Assembly: GCA_963764165.1 (NCBI GenBank)
Contig: CAVXRD010000002.1
Coordinates: forward strand, 576,001 to 640,000
Direction of reading: 5' to 3'
Source: an uncultured Verrucomicrobiae bacterium
GTDB taxonomy: Bacteria; Verrucomicrobiota; Verrucomicrobiia; Limisphaerales; Palsa-1400
DNA: 64,000 bases
The notes under the pieces were generated by a model. It did not search any database. It was not told where the DNA came from and saw only the letters and a program-made list of their open reading frames with translations. Shown here piece by piece: positions 1-8,657 of this stretch; position 1 is the stretch's first letter; every line of letters begins with the position of its first letter. The translations under genes were made by a program, and so were the position numbers.

Positions 1-662
1 TGGCCAATGCCATTGTTGGAAGCTTCGTCCTGCTGCTGCTGGCGATTTTAATCGGCGTGCCGGTGGGAATTCTGGGAGGAATTTATTTGACGGAGTTTGG
101 CCCGCGGCGGCTCAATTGGGCGGTTCGCTTCATTGCGGATATTTTGAGCGGGACGCCTTCCATCGTTTGGGGAATTGTTGTTTACGCCTTGATCGTCGTG
201 CCGATGAAGGGCGCCTCGGCGTATGCGGGCGGATTGGCGCTGGGGCTGATCATGATTCCGATGGTCATGCGCTCCACTGAGCAAATGCTTTCGCGCGTGC
301 CGCATAGCTATCGCGAAGCGGCCATGGCGCTGGGAATTCCCAAGTGGAAAAGCGTCATCCACATCGTCCTCAAGGCCGCGGGCAAAGGCATCGTGACCGG
401 CGTGCTGCTGGCGTGCTCGCGCGTCGCGGGCGAAACGGCGCCGCTGCTTTTCACCGCGTCCGGCAACCAGTTTTGGAGCCACAGCCTCTCGGAACCGATC
501 GCATCGCTGCCACGTCAAATATATAATTACGCCACCGCTCCTTACGAAGACGCGCGGCGGCAGGCGTGGGCGGGAGCGCTGGTGTTGATGGCGCTGGCGC
601 TGGCTTTCAATGTCATCGTGCGCGCCATCACGCGCGGATCAAATGTTCCAGTGGCAAAATGA
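1..662 (+). CDS. pstA: Phosphate ABC transporter permease PstA (5' end outside window)
   Basis: Frame open from the window edge; YREAAMALG EAA loop, RVAGETAPLLFTA, QAWAGALVL; directly upstream of phoU. Confidence 0.93.
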   Translation, partial: ANAIVGSFVLLLLAILIGVPVGILGGIYLTEFGPRRLNWAVRFIADILSGTPSIVWGIVVYALIVVPMKGASAYAGGLALGLIMIPMVMRSTEQMLSRVPHSYREAAMALGIPKWKSVIHIVLKAAGKGIVTGVLLACSRVAGETAPLLFTASGNQFWSHSLSEPIASLPRQIYNYATAPYEDARRQAWAGALVLMALALAFNVIVRAITRGSNVPVAK

Positions 663-685
663 TCAAATCGGCATCATACTAACCT

Positions 686-1333
686 ATGCAATCCTACTTC
701 GATGAGGAGCTGTCGCAGTTCAAGGAGAAGCTCCTGCTGATGGGCAGCTACGCGGAGAGCGCGGTCAGCCTCGCCGTCCAATCCCTCGTCGAACGCAAGG
801 ATGACCTTGCGCTGCAAGTGCAGGAAGACGACGATTTGATGGATCAACTGGAAATCGAAATCGACGACCAGGCGATCAACTTGCTGGCCAAAGCGCCGCT
901 CGCTTCGGACTTGCGCCTCATCACTGTAGCCATGCGCATTTCACAAAATTTGGAGCGCGTTGGCGATGAAGCGACAACGATTTCCCGCCGCGCGATTGAC
1001 TTGAATCAGGAGCCTCCGTTGCGGGCATTTGTGGACATCCCCAGCATGGCGCGCATAGCTTTGGGATTGCTAAAGGAGTCGCTCGATTGCTTCGTTCGCA
1101 AGCAACCTGAATTGGCTCGCGCCATCATTCCGCGCGACAAGGAAGTCGACGCCTTGAATCGCCAATTGCATCGCGAACTCGCGAAGTTAATGGCGGAAAA
1201 TCCAGCGACCATCAACCGCTGTTTGAATTTGATGACCGTCTCGAAAAGCCTTGAGCGCGTGGCAGATCATGCGACGAACATCGCGGCGCAGGTTGTCTAT
1301 TTGTGCGAGGCGAGGGATATCCGCCACGCTTAG
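686..1333 (+). CDS. phoU: Phosphate signalling protein PhoU
   Basis: Two PhoU repeats: PLASDLR...LERVGD and LERVADHATNIA. Confidence 0.95.
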   Translation: MQSYFDEELSQFKEKLLLMGSYAESAVSLAVQSLVERKDDLALQVQEDDDLMDQLEIEIDDQAINLLAKAPLASDLRLITVAMRISQNLERVGDEATTISRRAIDLNQEPPLRAFVDIPSMARIALGLLKESLDCFVRKQPELARAIIPRDKEVDALNRQLHRELAKLMAENPATINRCLNLMTVSKSLERVADHATNIAAQVVYLCEARDIRHA

Positions 1334-1842
1334 AAAGGGAGGCGGATATTTTCCTTCACCCACTTTACCGCCGCTTCGCGCATGAGGATTTCAGCAGTGG
1401 GATGCTGCGTCGAGTCGATATAAGTCGGGCCATATAACTCGTAGGCGCCCGGGCGAACCATCATTTTCAGCCGAATAGCGTGATTATTCTCGTCAAATTG
1501 GATCATCGCAAATTTCAATCCTTCTCCACCCGACATAACTCCGACCGGCAGGACTCCCAAAAACAGCACCAACCGGTGCCGCTTAAGCGCATCAACCCTG
1601 TAACATGCAACTCGTATATCCGAAAAATATTTATCTTCGTTGCCGAGAGCAGAAATCACTTCATCCCTGGTTCGATGAATGATACTCGCCGATGAAAAGT
1701 CCTCTCGCGGATGCTGGGAAATCTGTATCCGCCGTGACGGCAAGGGCGGGAATGCGCACCCGGGCCACGCGATGAAACCGGCGGAAGCGAGAGCCAACGC
1801 CAACAGGCAGCCAACTTTTGTTCTTAAGCGAATCAAGTTCAA
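1330..1842 (-). CDS. Hypothetical exported protein, possibly a lipoprotein
   Basis: N-terminal hydrophobic stretch ending in PGC; follows the two-component pair on the same strand; no family recognised. Confidence 0.55.
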   Translation of the reverse strand: MNLIRLRTKVGCLLALALASAGFIAWPGCAFPPLPSRRIQISQHPREDFSSASIIHRTRDEVISALGNEDKYFSDIRVACYRVDALKRHRLVLFLGVLPVGVMSGGEGLKFAMIQFDENNHAIRLKMMVRPGAYELYGPTYIDSTQHPTAEILMREAAVKWVKENIRLPF

Positions 1843-1873
1843 CCATTCAAAAATGGTTACGCAACGCGCGAAG

Positions 1874-3343
1874 TCAAGCAGCTTGCGCTGTCAGCCGAAT
1901 GGCAACTTCAAGCCCAGAGGGCTCGAGGTTTCGGCACGCGACCACGCCGCCGCATGATTCAATGCACTTCTTGACAATCGCCAACCCGAGGCCGACGCCT
2001 CCCGTCTCGCGATCACGCGAGGCATCCGTGCGATAGAACGGGTCAAAGATGCGCAGCAAGTCGGCTTGCGGCACTCCGGGGCCGCAATCGGAGACCGTGA
2101 CGGCAATCTTGTCATGCTCGCGTTGCGCGGCGACCGTAATCGGTCCGGCTGCGCCTGCGTAACGGACGGCATTGCGAACCAAATTTGACAGCGCCCGAGT
2201 CAACATGTCGGAGTCCGCCGTCGCGACAATATCCTCACTGGCGTCAACAACTATTTTCACCTCGCCAGTCGACTCGCGACGAACGGCTTTTTCAATCGCT
2301 TCCCGCACATTGACCGGCTGCAAGTTCGCCGCGGGCGCAGTGAGCGAGGCCTTGGAAAATGAAAGCAACTCGTTCACCAGGCTTGATATGTGCCCGGCCT
2401 CCTCGTCCGCGCGGGCGACGTAATCCTTCTGCTCCCCGCCCGCCCGCTGCTCGAGAATGCCGAGCGAGACGCGCAATTTGGCCAGGGGCGAACAAAGCTC
2501 GTGCGCGACGTCTCCCAAAAAGCGCTTCTGCCCTGTCACCAATCCATCAAGCCGAGCTGCCATTTGATTGACAGATCGGCCGAGGTCGCCCAGCTCATCG
2601 CGGCGGGTTTCCGGAACACGCGTCTCAAAGCGGCCCTCGGCGATTTGCCGCGTGGCGGCGGTCAATTGCGCGATGGAGCGATTGATGCCGCGCATCATCG
2701 GCAGCCACAGCAGCGCGGAAAGCCCGATGGCCGCCAATCCAACTTTAATCCACGGCCCGACCTCAAAGAAAAGGCCGCCCGCGCCGAGTGTTTCGGAAAC
2801 GAGAATCAAGTTGGCCGGCTCCGGGTGCGATTCGTGAATCCTGAGCATCGCCCGCACGATCACCCAATAGCGCGACGGGTCTTTGGTGTGGCTCATCGCT
2901 TTCGGGCGGGGATCACGCATCATGCCGCGCGGCCCCTCGTGCGGCGGACGCTCCCCCTCTGGTCCGGGGTCGGGATTCCGCTCCGGCCGTATGTGGTGCG
3001 GAGGGCCTCCCAGCCGCTGGCGAATTTCTGCCGGCAACTCCATCGCGGCACCGGCGGTCTGGCTGCCCTGCCCGTCGAAAACAACGAAATGCACTTTGTT
3101 CTGATAGGCGCTGTCGCATTGCTGAAGCGTGGCTGTCCACTTGTCTACCGGCTCGTCGCGCAGCGCGTTGAGAATGATTTCGCTTTCGCCGTCAATGCGC
3201 TCGCTTGCATCCGACGGCAGCAGCCAATCCGACCCGGTGCGAAACTGGGCGCTGAACGTCACCCAAAACATGCCGGCCAGCAGCGCCAGGTTCAGCAAGA
3301 ACAGCAGCAGGATGCGGGCGGATAATGGAAAACGGCGCGGCAT
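1874..3343 (-). CDS. HAMP-domain sensor histidine kinase (CpxA-like)
   Basis: Two TM segments, HAMP (RRDELGDL), H-box DVAHELCSPL, N-box NLVRNA, G-boxes DCGPG and GVGLGL. Confidence 0.93.
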   Translation of the reverse strand: MPRRFPLSARILLLFLLNLALLAGMFWVTFSAQFRTGSDWLLPSDASERIDGESEIILNALRDEPVDKWTATLQQCDSAYQNKVHFVVFDGQGSQTAGAAMELPAEIRQRLGGPPHHIRPERNPDPGPEGERPPHEGPRGMMRDPRPKAMSHTKDPSRYWVIVRAMLRIHESHPEPANLILVSETLGAGGLFFEVGPWIKVGLAAIGLSALLWLPMMRGINRSIAQLTAATRQIAEGRFETRVPETRRDELGDLGRSVNQMAARLDGLVTGQKRFLGDVAHELCSPLAKLRVSLGILEQRAGGEQKDYVARADEEAGHISSLVNELLSFSKASLTAPAANLQPVNVREAIEKAVRRESTGEVKIVVDASEDIVATADSDMLTRALSNLVRNAVRYAGAAGPITVAAQREHDKIAVTVSDCGPGVPQADLLRIFDPFYRTDASRDRETGGVGLGLAIVKKCIESCGGVVACRNLEPSGLEVAIRLTAQAA

Positions 3344-3348
3344 GGCGG

Positions 3349-4098
3349 TTATTCAGCCTCGGGATTGATGAGCATGTAACCGACGGAACGAAACGTCCGG
3401 ATGAACCGCGGCTGCTTTGGATCATCGCCCAATTTCTTGCGGAGCGACCAGATATGGACGTCGACCGATCTGTCAAAAACATCGTAATTCCGCTCGGCCA
3501 CGGCCTCGACCAATTCTTCGCGCGATTTCACCCGGCCGCGCGAACGCGCGAGGGCGGCCAGCAAATCGAATTCAAGCGCTGTCAAATCAATGGGCCTGTC
3601 GCCGACCACGGCCCGGCGCGTTCCGGGATTCAGCCGCAACTGGCCCACCACAATTTCAGCGTCCGCTTTTCCCTCGGCTTTTGTCGCGGCGGGAGTGGCT
3701 CGGCGCATGACGGCCCGCAGGCGCGCCAGCAGTTCGCGTGTGGAAAACGTCTTTGGCAAATAATCGTCCGCCCCCACCTCCAGGCCGGCGATGCGGTCCG
3801 CCTCGTCGCCACGCGCTGTCAACATAAGAACGGGGACGGTCGTCTTGGCGCGGAGATGCTTGAGCACCTCGAACCCGTTCATCCCGGGCAGCATGACGTC
3901 AAGTATAACGGCGCTCCATGGTTCATCGAGTGCGAGTTCCAAGCCATCGGGTCCGTTGTGGGCGGCGGTCACCGCGTAGCCGAGCGGCTCGAGGTATTCG
4001 CGAATCAAGCGGCACAACGCGCGATCATCGTCGATGATCAGCAGCCGCGAGCCGTCACTCTTGGCGGCATCGGCTTGATTTGCAATTGGCGCAGGCAT
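3349..4098 (-). CDS. OmpR-family response regulator (CpxR-like)
   Basis: LIIDDD, LDVMLP, GADDYLPK, winged helix DRSVDVHIWSLRKKL. Confidence 0.95.
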   Translation of the reverse strand: MPAPIANQADAAKSDGSRLLIIDDDRALCRLIREYLEPLGYAVTAAHNGPDGLELALDEPWSAVILDVMLPGMNGFEVLKHLRAKTTVPVLMLTARGDEADRIAGLEVGADDYLPKTFSTRELLARLRAVMRRATPAATKAEGKADAEIVVGQLRLNPGTRRAVVGDRPIDLTALEFDLLAALARSRGRVKSREELVEAVAERNYDVFDRSVDVHIWSLRKKLGDDPKQPRFIRTFRSVGYMLINPEAE

Positions 4099-4218
4099 CT
4101 TTGCGTTACGATAACGGCTATCTCAAAAAACGCCGCAAAATTAACCTTTCCTTAACAATTTTGATCCGCCCGGCAAGAATCGCGGCAGGGTGAGGCTGCC
4201 GATGAACTGTTTTGTGAA

Positions 4219-4322
4219 GGTAGGGACGCCTCGCCGAGGCGTCCGGGGTGAGGCGTCGTTGATCGGTGCGGCCCACAAAAACTTTCACGCGCAACCGGAC
4301 GCCTCGGCGAGGCGTCCCTACC
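4219..4322. repeat. REP doublet (REPIN), family A
   Basis: GGTAGGGACGCCTCGCCGAGGCGTCCGG at 4219-4246 and its exact reverse complement at 4295-4322; GTAG-led internal palindrome. Confidence 0.9.
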
Positions 4323-4350
4323 ATTGCCGAGGCTGCTTGACGATTGATGG

Positions 4351-7300
4351 TTAACATGAGCGGATGCTCTCCAATTGCTGATCGAGGCGCTTCGGCGAAA
4401 TCGGATAGGCGGTGCCGAGTTCCTGGGCGAAGAGCGAGACTTTGAATTCTTCAAGCATCCATCGGAATTTTTCGAGCTGGGCTTTCGCTTCGCCTGATAA
4501 GTCGCGTTGGGACTGGAGCTTTTTCAATTCGGCGGCGTAAGGCGCAAGCTGGCGGACGCGCTCTTCGTTCTTGGCGGGATTTGTTCCGGCGCGTTCGATG
4601 CGCAGCAGCAAGGCTTTTAAGTAGCGCGGTATTTCCTGCAGTCGGGCGTAGTCCAATTTTTCCAGAAAGCGCGGGCCAACCAGAATCGCAAGCTGCTCAC
4701 GCAAGGGATTCGCGGGTGGCGCTGGCGGCGGCGCGCCGAGCTGGCTGAGCGAGGAGAGCGTTCGTGCACGGGGCGCTGCTGCGGCGGAGGGAGCAGCGCC
4801 GAGGCGTTGTTGAGTTTGCTGGCGCAGTTGTAAAACCAATTGCAGACGATCTATGAATTGCATCGCCAAACCAGGGAACCGGCTTTTCGCGGCTGCAACG
4901 GCGGCGTCAAAATTGGCCCGCGTGAGGGCGGCGAAATTCTCGATCGAAAGCACATGGCGCTTCAGGTGCTCGAGAGCAGTCTCGCGCAATTCCCCGCTGT
5001 CGCCGATGCCCGCGTAGAGCGCGTCCAATTTGCTCAGCGCTCGCAAATCCTTTTCAAGCCACGCCAAGTCTTTCTGCACCGCCAGTTCGACCATACGCCG
5101 GATTCCAATGACTGAAGCCGCCTTCGCCGCATCACGATTTCGAAACAACCGAACATTCACAGTGCCCTCGGCGAATTCGAGCCCTGGCCACGCGTACATT
5201 TCCACGCCCGGCTTTTCGGAAATAGCGATCCGCTCGGGCAAGTCGCCAAACGTCCAATCGGTGATTCCGAAGCGCTCCCATTTTTCGGCAACGCGGGTCC
5301 AATCGGGATTTTCCAGTTTTGGCGCCGGGGCGGGATTCTCTTCTTTCAAAGAGCGCTGCAATTGCGCCAAGTCGCGGCTCACCCGCAGCGCGCCGCTGCT
5401 GTCAACAATCGCAATGCGCGGGCGCAGATGAGCAGGCGCCGCGTCCGCCGGCCAATCCGATCCCTTCACTGGAACGCCGAAGCGCCGCGAAAGAAACGCG
5501 GCGAAATCCTGCAATAACGAAGCTCCAGCGGGCTGAAAATCGCGCAGGATTTCCGGCACTTTCGGCGGGAATGGCATCAATTCGCGCCGAATCGATTTCG
5601 GCAATGCGCGCAGCAAATGATTGACAATCTCCTCGCGAAATCCCGGCACAGCCCACTCCAGGTTTCCCGCCTTCGCGGATGAAACGACGCTGGCGGGAAT
5701 GTGAATGGTCACGCCGTCGTGCTCTTCGCCCGGTGCATACGCGTAGGCAAGATTGACCGGCTGGCCGCCTACCGGCACTTGATCTGGAAAAGCCGCCGCG
5801 TCGTAAGCCATCCCTTGCCCTCCGGCCAATTCCGCCTCGGTCACGCATAATTTTTCCACCATGCCCGGCTCGTCGAGCAGACGATTCATTTCGTGCAGCG
5901 AAGAAACGCTCTCGATGTGCTTCGCGTAAAATGCCGCAAGAGCGGAATCAATATCCATCCCATGATGACGAACGCGCGTCCGCCAGTTCTCGATTTTTTC
6001 CCGCACGCCGCGATTGTGCGCCATGAATCGATAACCGGGCGGCAATTGCGGAGTGGCCGGCTGCGCCGCTCTCAATACTCGCACCTCGTCTCGATCATCC
6101 TCGTCCGCCTCTTCGGCTCCGCGTCCCATGCCGGGAAATATATTCTCCTCCACCAGCGCCGACCGGATGAAAATCGCGGTGGCTTCCTGCGGCTTGATGT
6201 TTCCGAAACTTGCCTTGCGCCGCAAAATTTCCAGTCCGTTCAGGCTGATGATTTCGTCAACAAGAACATTTCCCGCCGCGGCGCTCCAGCGGGGATTTTG
6301 ATGCGCGACTTTGCAGCAATGCGGCGCGACCTGATAAATCCACTGCGGATCAATTCCCGCCAGCGTGCGGGCGAAAAGTTGAGAGGTTTCGACCATTTCG
6401 CCCGCTACCAGCCACTCGGGTTGCGTTGATTTCGGTTTTGGCGGCGGCTTGCCGCCTTTCTGATGCGGCTTGCGCGGAGGTTCGCCTCTCGCATAAAGCG
6501 CCGAGCCTGGAAACATGGAGACGAGGCGGTTGCCCGCCATTTTGTAAGTATTGCGCTCCTCCCAATGCGCCACATGCCCAATTAATCCCGCCAGAATGCT
6601 GCGATGAATCGCATCGTAAGCGGCGTTGCTCTCGTTGAGTTTGAGGCCGCCCAGATCATCAAGCGCATCGTGCAGTTGACTGTAAACATCCTGCCATTCG
6701 CGCATGCGAACGTAGGAAAGAAAACGCGCCTTGCAGAATTTGCGGCGCTGCCCTTGCGTGCGAAGCTGATCCCATTCGTCGTGAACGGCATTCCAGATGT
6801 TTAACAGCGTCAGAAAGTCCGATTGTGGATCGGTGAATTGCTTGTGCGCGGCGGCGGCGGCGTCCTTCTGATCAAGCGGGCGCTCGCGCGGGTCCTGGAT
6901 GCTTAATCCCGCCGCGATGATGAGCAACTCGGCGGTCGCGTGCTCGCTCTGCGATTGCATCAGCATCCGCCCGAGCGTGGGATCAATTGGCAGCCGCGCC
7001 AAATCGTCGCCCAATCGCGTCAGCGCGCGCTGGTCGTCGAGCGCGCCGAGTTCCTGAAGCAACGCGAAGCCGTTGGCGATGGCAGCGGGCGTGGGCGGCT
7101 GGACGAACGGAAATGTTTCCACGTCGCCGAGATGAAACGCCTTCATCCGCAAGATCACCTCCGCCAGATTGGCCCGTTGAATTTCCGGCTGGGTGAAGAG
7201 CGGACGCGCGGCAAAATCCTCCTCCGAGTAAAGCCGGATGCACACGCCCGACTCGACACGTCCGGCGCGGCCTTTGCGCTGGTTGGCGCTGCTTTGCGAA

Positions 7301-8463
7301 ATCGGCTCAATGGGAAGACGCTTGATGCGGCTGCGCGGATTATAACGGCTCATGCGCGCCAAACCTGAGTCAATCACATAGCGGATTCCAGGAATGGTGA
7401 GCGACGTCTCGGCGATGTTGGTCGAGATGACAATTTTTCGACGCGATGAAGTCGAGAAAACACGCTGCTGTTCGCCAGCGGTAAGCCGTCCGAACAGCGG
7501 AATGACTTCCGCCTCGCCATTAAAACGGCCTTCAAGCTGATCGGCGGTTTCGCGAATGTCGCGTTCGCCGGGCATGAAAATCAGAATGTCGCCCACGCTT
7601 GATTCGTAGAGGATTTGCTCGGCGGCCTGCACCGCTGCGTCGACATAATTGATGTCACCACGCTCGTCTTCGGCGTTCTCGAAAGGCTGGTAAATCGTTT
7701 CGACGGGAAACATTCGCCCCGAAACTTCAATGATCGGCGCGTTTCCGAAATGCTCAGAAAATGCCTGCGTATCAATAGTCGCGGAGGTGACGATCAACTT
7801 CAAATCCGCCCGCTTCGCCAGCAGGCCCTTCAAATGGCCGAGCAAAAAATCGATGTTCAAACTGCGTTCGTGCGCTTCGTCAATGATGATGGCGTTGTAT
7901 TCGGAAAGAGTCGGATCGCCCTGCGTCTCGGCTAGCAGGATTCCGTCGGTCATCATCTTGATGTAAGTGCGGTTGCTTGAGCGGTCGTCAAAACGAATTT
8001 TGCAACCAACCTCCTCTCCCCACGTCACGTTCAATTCGTCGGCGATGCGCTGGGAAATGGAAAGCGCCGCCACCCGCCGCGGTTGCGTGCAGCCAATTTT
8101 TGCCTGGATGCCAAGGCCTGCTTCGAGGCACATTTTGGGAAGCTGCGTCGTCTTGCCAGACCCCGTTTCGCCCGCGACGACAATGACCTGGTTTTTCCGA
8201 ATTGCCTCGACGATTTCGCCCGCCCTTGCGGTGATGGGCAAATCCGGGGGATAGCTCGGCTGCGGGACGCGCCCCCGCCGCTCCTCGCAAAGCGCGATGG
8301 AGTCGTAGACTTCCTTCAAGAGCCGTTCGAGAAGCTGTTCGCGATGATCGGCGTGATGCTGGTCGCGCAAAATCCGACCCAACCGCCGCCCCAATCGCAC
8401 CCAATCGGGCAGCAGACATTGCGGCAGCAGCGTCTTAAGTTCGTTTATCCAGGCGTCCGGCAT
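4351..8463 (-). CDS. hrpA: ATP-dependent RNA helicase HrpA
   Basis: GETGSGKTTQLP, TQPRRVAA, DEAH, SAT, QRKGRAGR; C-terminal WMLEEFKVSLFAQELGT. Confidence 0.96.
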   Translation of the reverse strand: MPDAWINELKTLLPQCLLPDWVRLGRRLGRILRDQHHADHREQLLERLLKEVYDSIALCEERRGRVPQPSYPPDLPITARAGEIVEAIRKNQVIVVAGETGSGKTTQLPKMCLEAGLGIQAKIGCTQPRRVAALSISQRIADELNVTWGEEVGCKIRFDDRSSNRTYIKMMTDGILLAETQGDPTLSEYNAIIIDEAHERSLNIDFLLGHLKGLLAKRADLKLIVTSATIDTQAFSEHFGNAPIIEVSGRMFPVETIYQPFENAEDERGDINYVDAAVQAAEQILYESSVGDILIFMPGERDIRETADQLEGRFNGEAEVIPLFGRLTAGEQQRVFSTSSRRKIVISTNIAETSLTIPGIRYVIDSGLARMSRYNPRSRIKRLPIEPISQSSANQRKGRAGRVESGVCIRLYSEEDFAARPLFTQPEIQRANLAEVILRMKAFHLGDVETFPFVQPPTPAAIANGFALLQELGALDDQRALTRLGDDLARLPIDPTLGRMLMQSQSEHATAELLIIAAGLSIQDPRERPLDQKDAAAAAHKQFTDPQSDFLTLLNIWNAVHDEWDQLRTQGQRRKFCKARFLSYVRMREWQDVYSQLHDALDDLGGLKLNESNAAYDAIHRSILAGLIGHVAHWEERNTYKMAGNRLVSMFPGSALYARGEPPRKPHQKGGKPPPKPKSTQPEWLVAGEMVETSQLFARTLAGIDPQWIYQVAPHCCKVAHQNPRWSAAAGNVLVDEIISLNGLEILRRKASFGNIKPQEATAIFIRSALVEENIFPGMGRGAEEADEDDRDEVRVLRAAQPATPQLPPGYRFMAHNRGVREKIENWRTRVRHHGMDIDSALAAFYAKHIESVSSLHEMNRLLDEPGMVEKLCVTEAELAGGQGMAYDAAAFPDQVPVGGQPVNLAYAYAPGEEHDGVTIHIPASVVSSAKAGNLEWAVPGFREEIVNHLLRALPKSIRRELMPFPPKVPEILRDFQPAGASLLQDFAAFLSRRFGVPVKGSDWPADAAPAHLRPRIAIVDSSGALRVSRDLAQLQRSLKEENPAPAPKLENPDWTRVAEKWERFGITDWTFGDLPERIAISEKPGVEMYAWPGLEFAEGTVNVRLFRNRDAAKAASVIGIRRMVELAVQKDLAWLEKDLRALSKLDALYAGIGDSGELRETALEHLKRHVLSIENFAALTRANFDAAVAAAKSRFPGLAMQFIDRLQLVLQLRQQTQQRLGAAPSAAAAPRARTLSSLSQLGAPPPAPPANPLREQLAILVGPRFLEKLDYARLQEIPRYLKALLLRIERAGTNPAKNEERVRQLAPYAAELKKLQSQRDLSGEAKAQLEKFRWMLEEFKVSLFAQELGTAYPISPKRLDQQLESIRSC

Positions 8464-8570
8464 CAGGGGTAAAGGATAGCAGTCATTCGATGCGGGTGAA
8501 AGCGGAAGACGGCCGGGTGCGGCGGAAATGAGTGGCGCGGACGTGCCGAAGACCCGCCGCAGAGCGTGAC

Positions 8571-8657
8571 TGTGATCCCGTCTTTGATCCGCTCCCGGCC
8601 AAAATTAAGAACGAGCCCTGCTTGGAGCTTCGCCAGAACCAGATGGGTGCGCAACTG
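8571..8657 (-). pseudogene. C-terminal remnant of a GxxExxY protein
   Basis: Reads QLRTHLVLAKLQAGLVLNFGRERIKDGIT, resembling the QxxTYLxL...GLLLNFG..xKDGI end of GxxExxY proteins; remainder absent. Confidence 0.6.
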
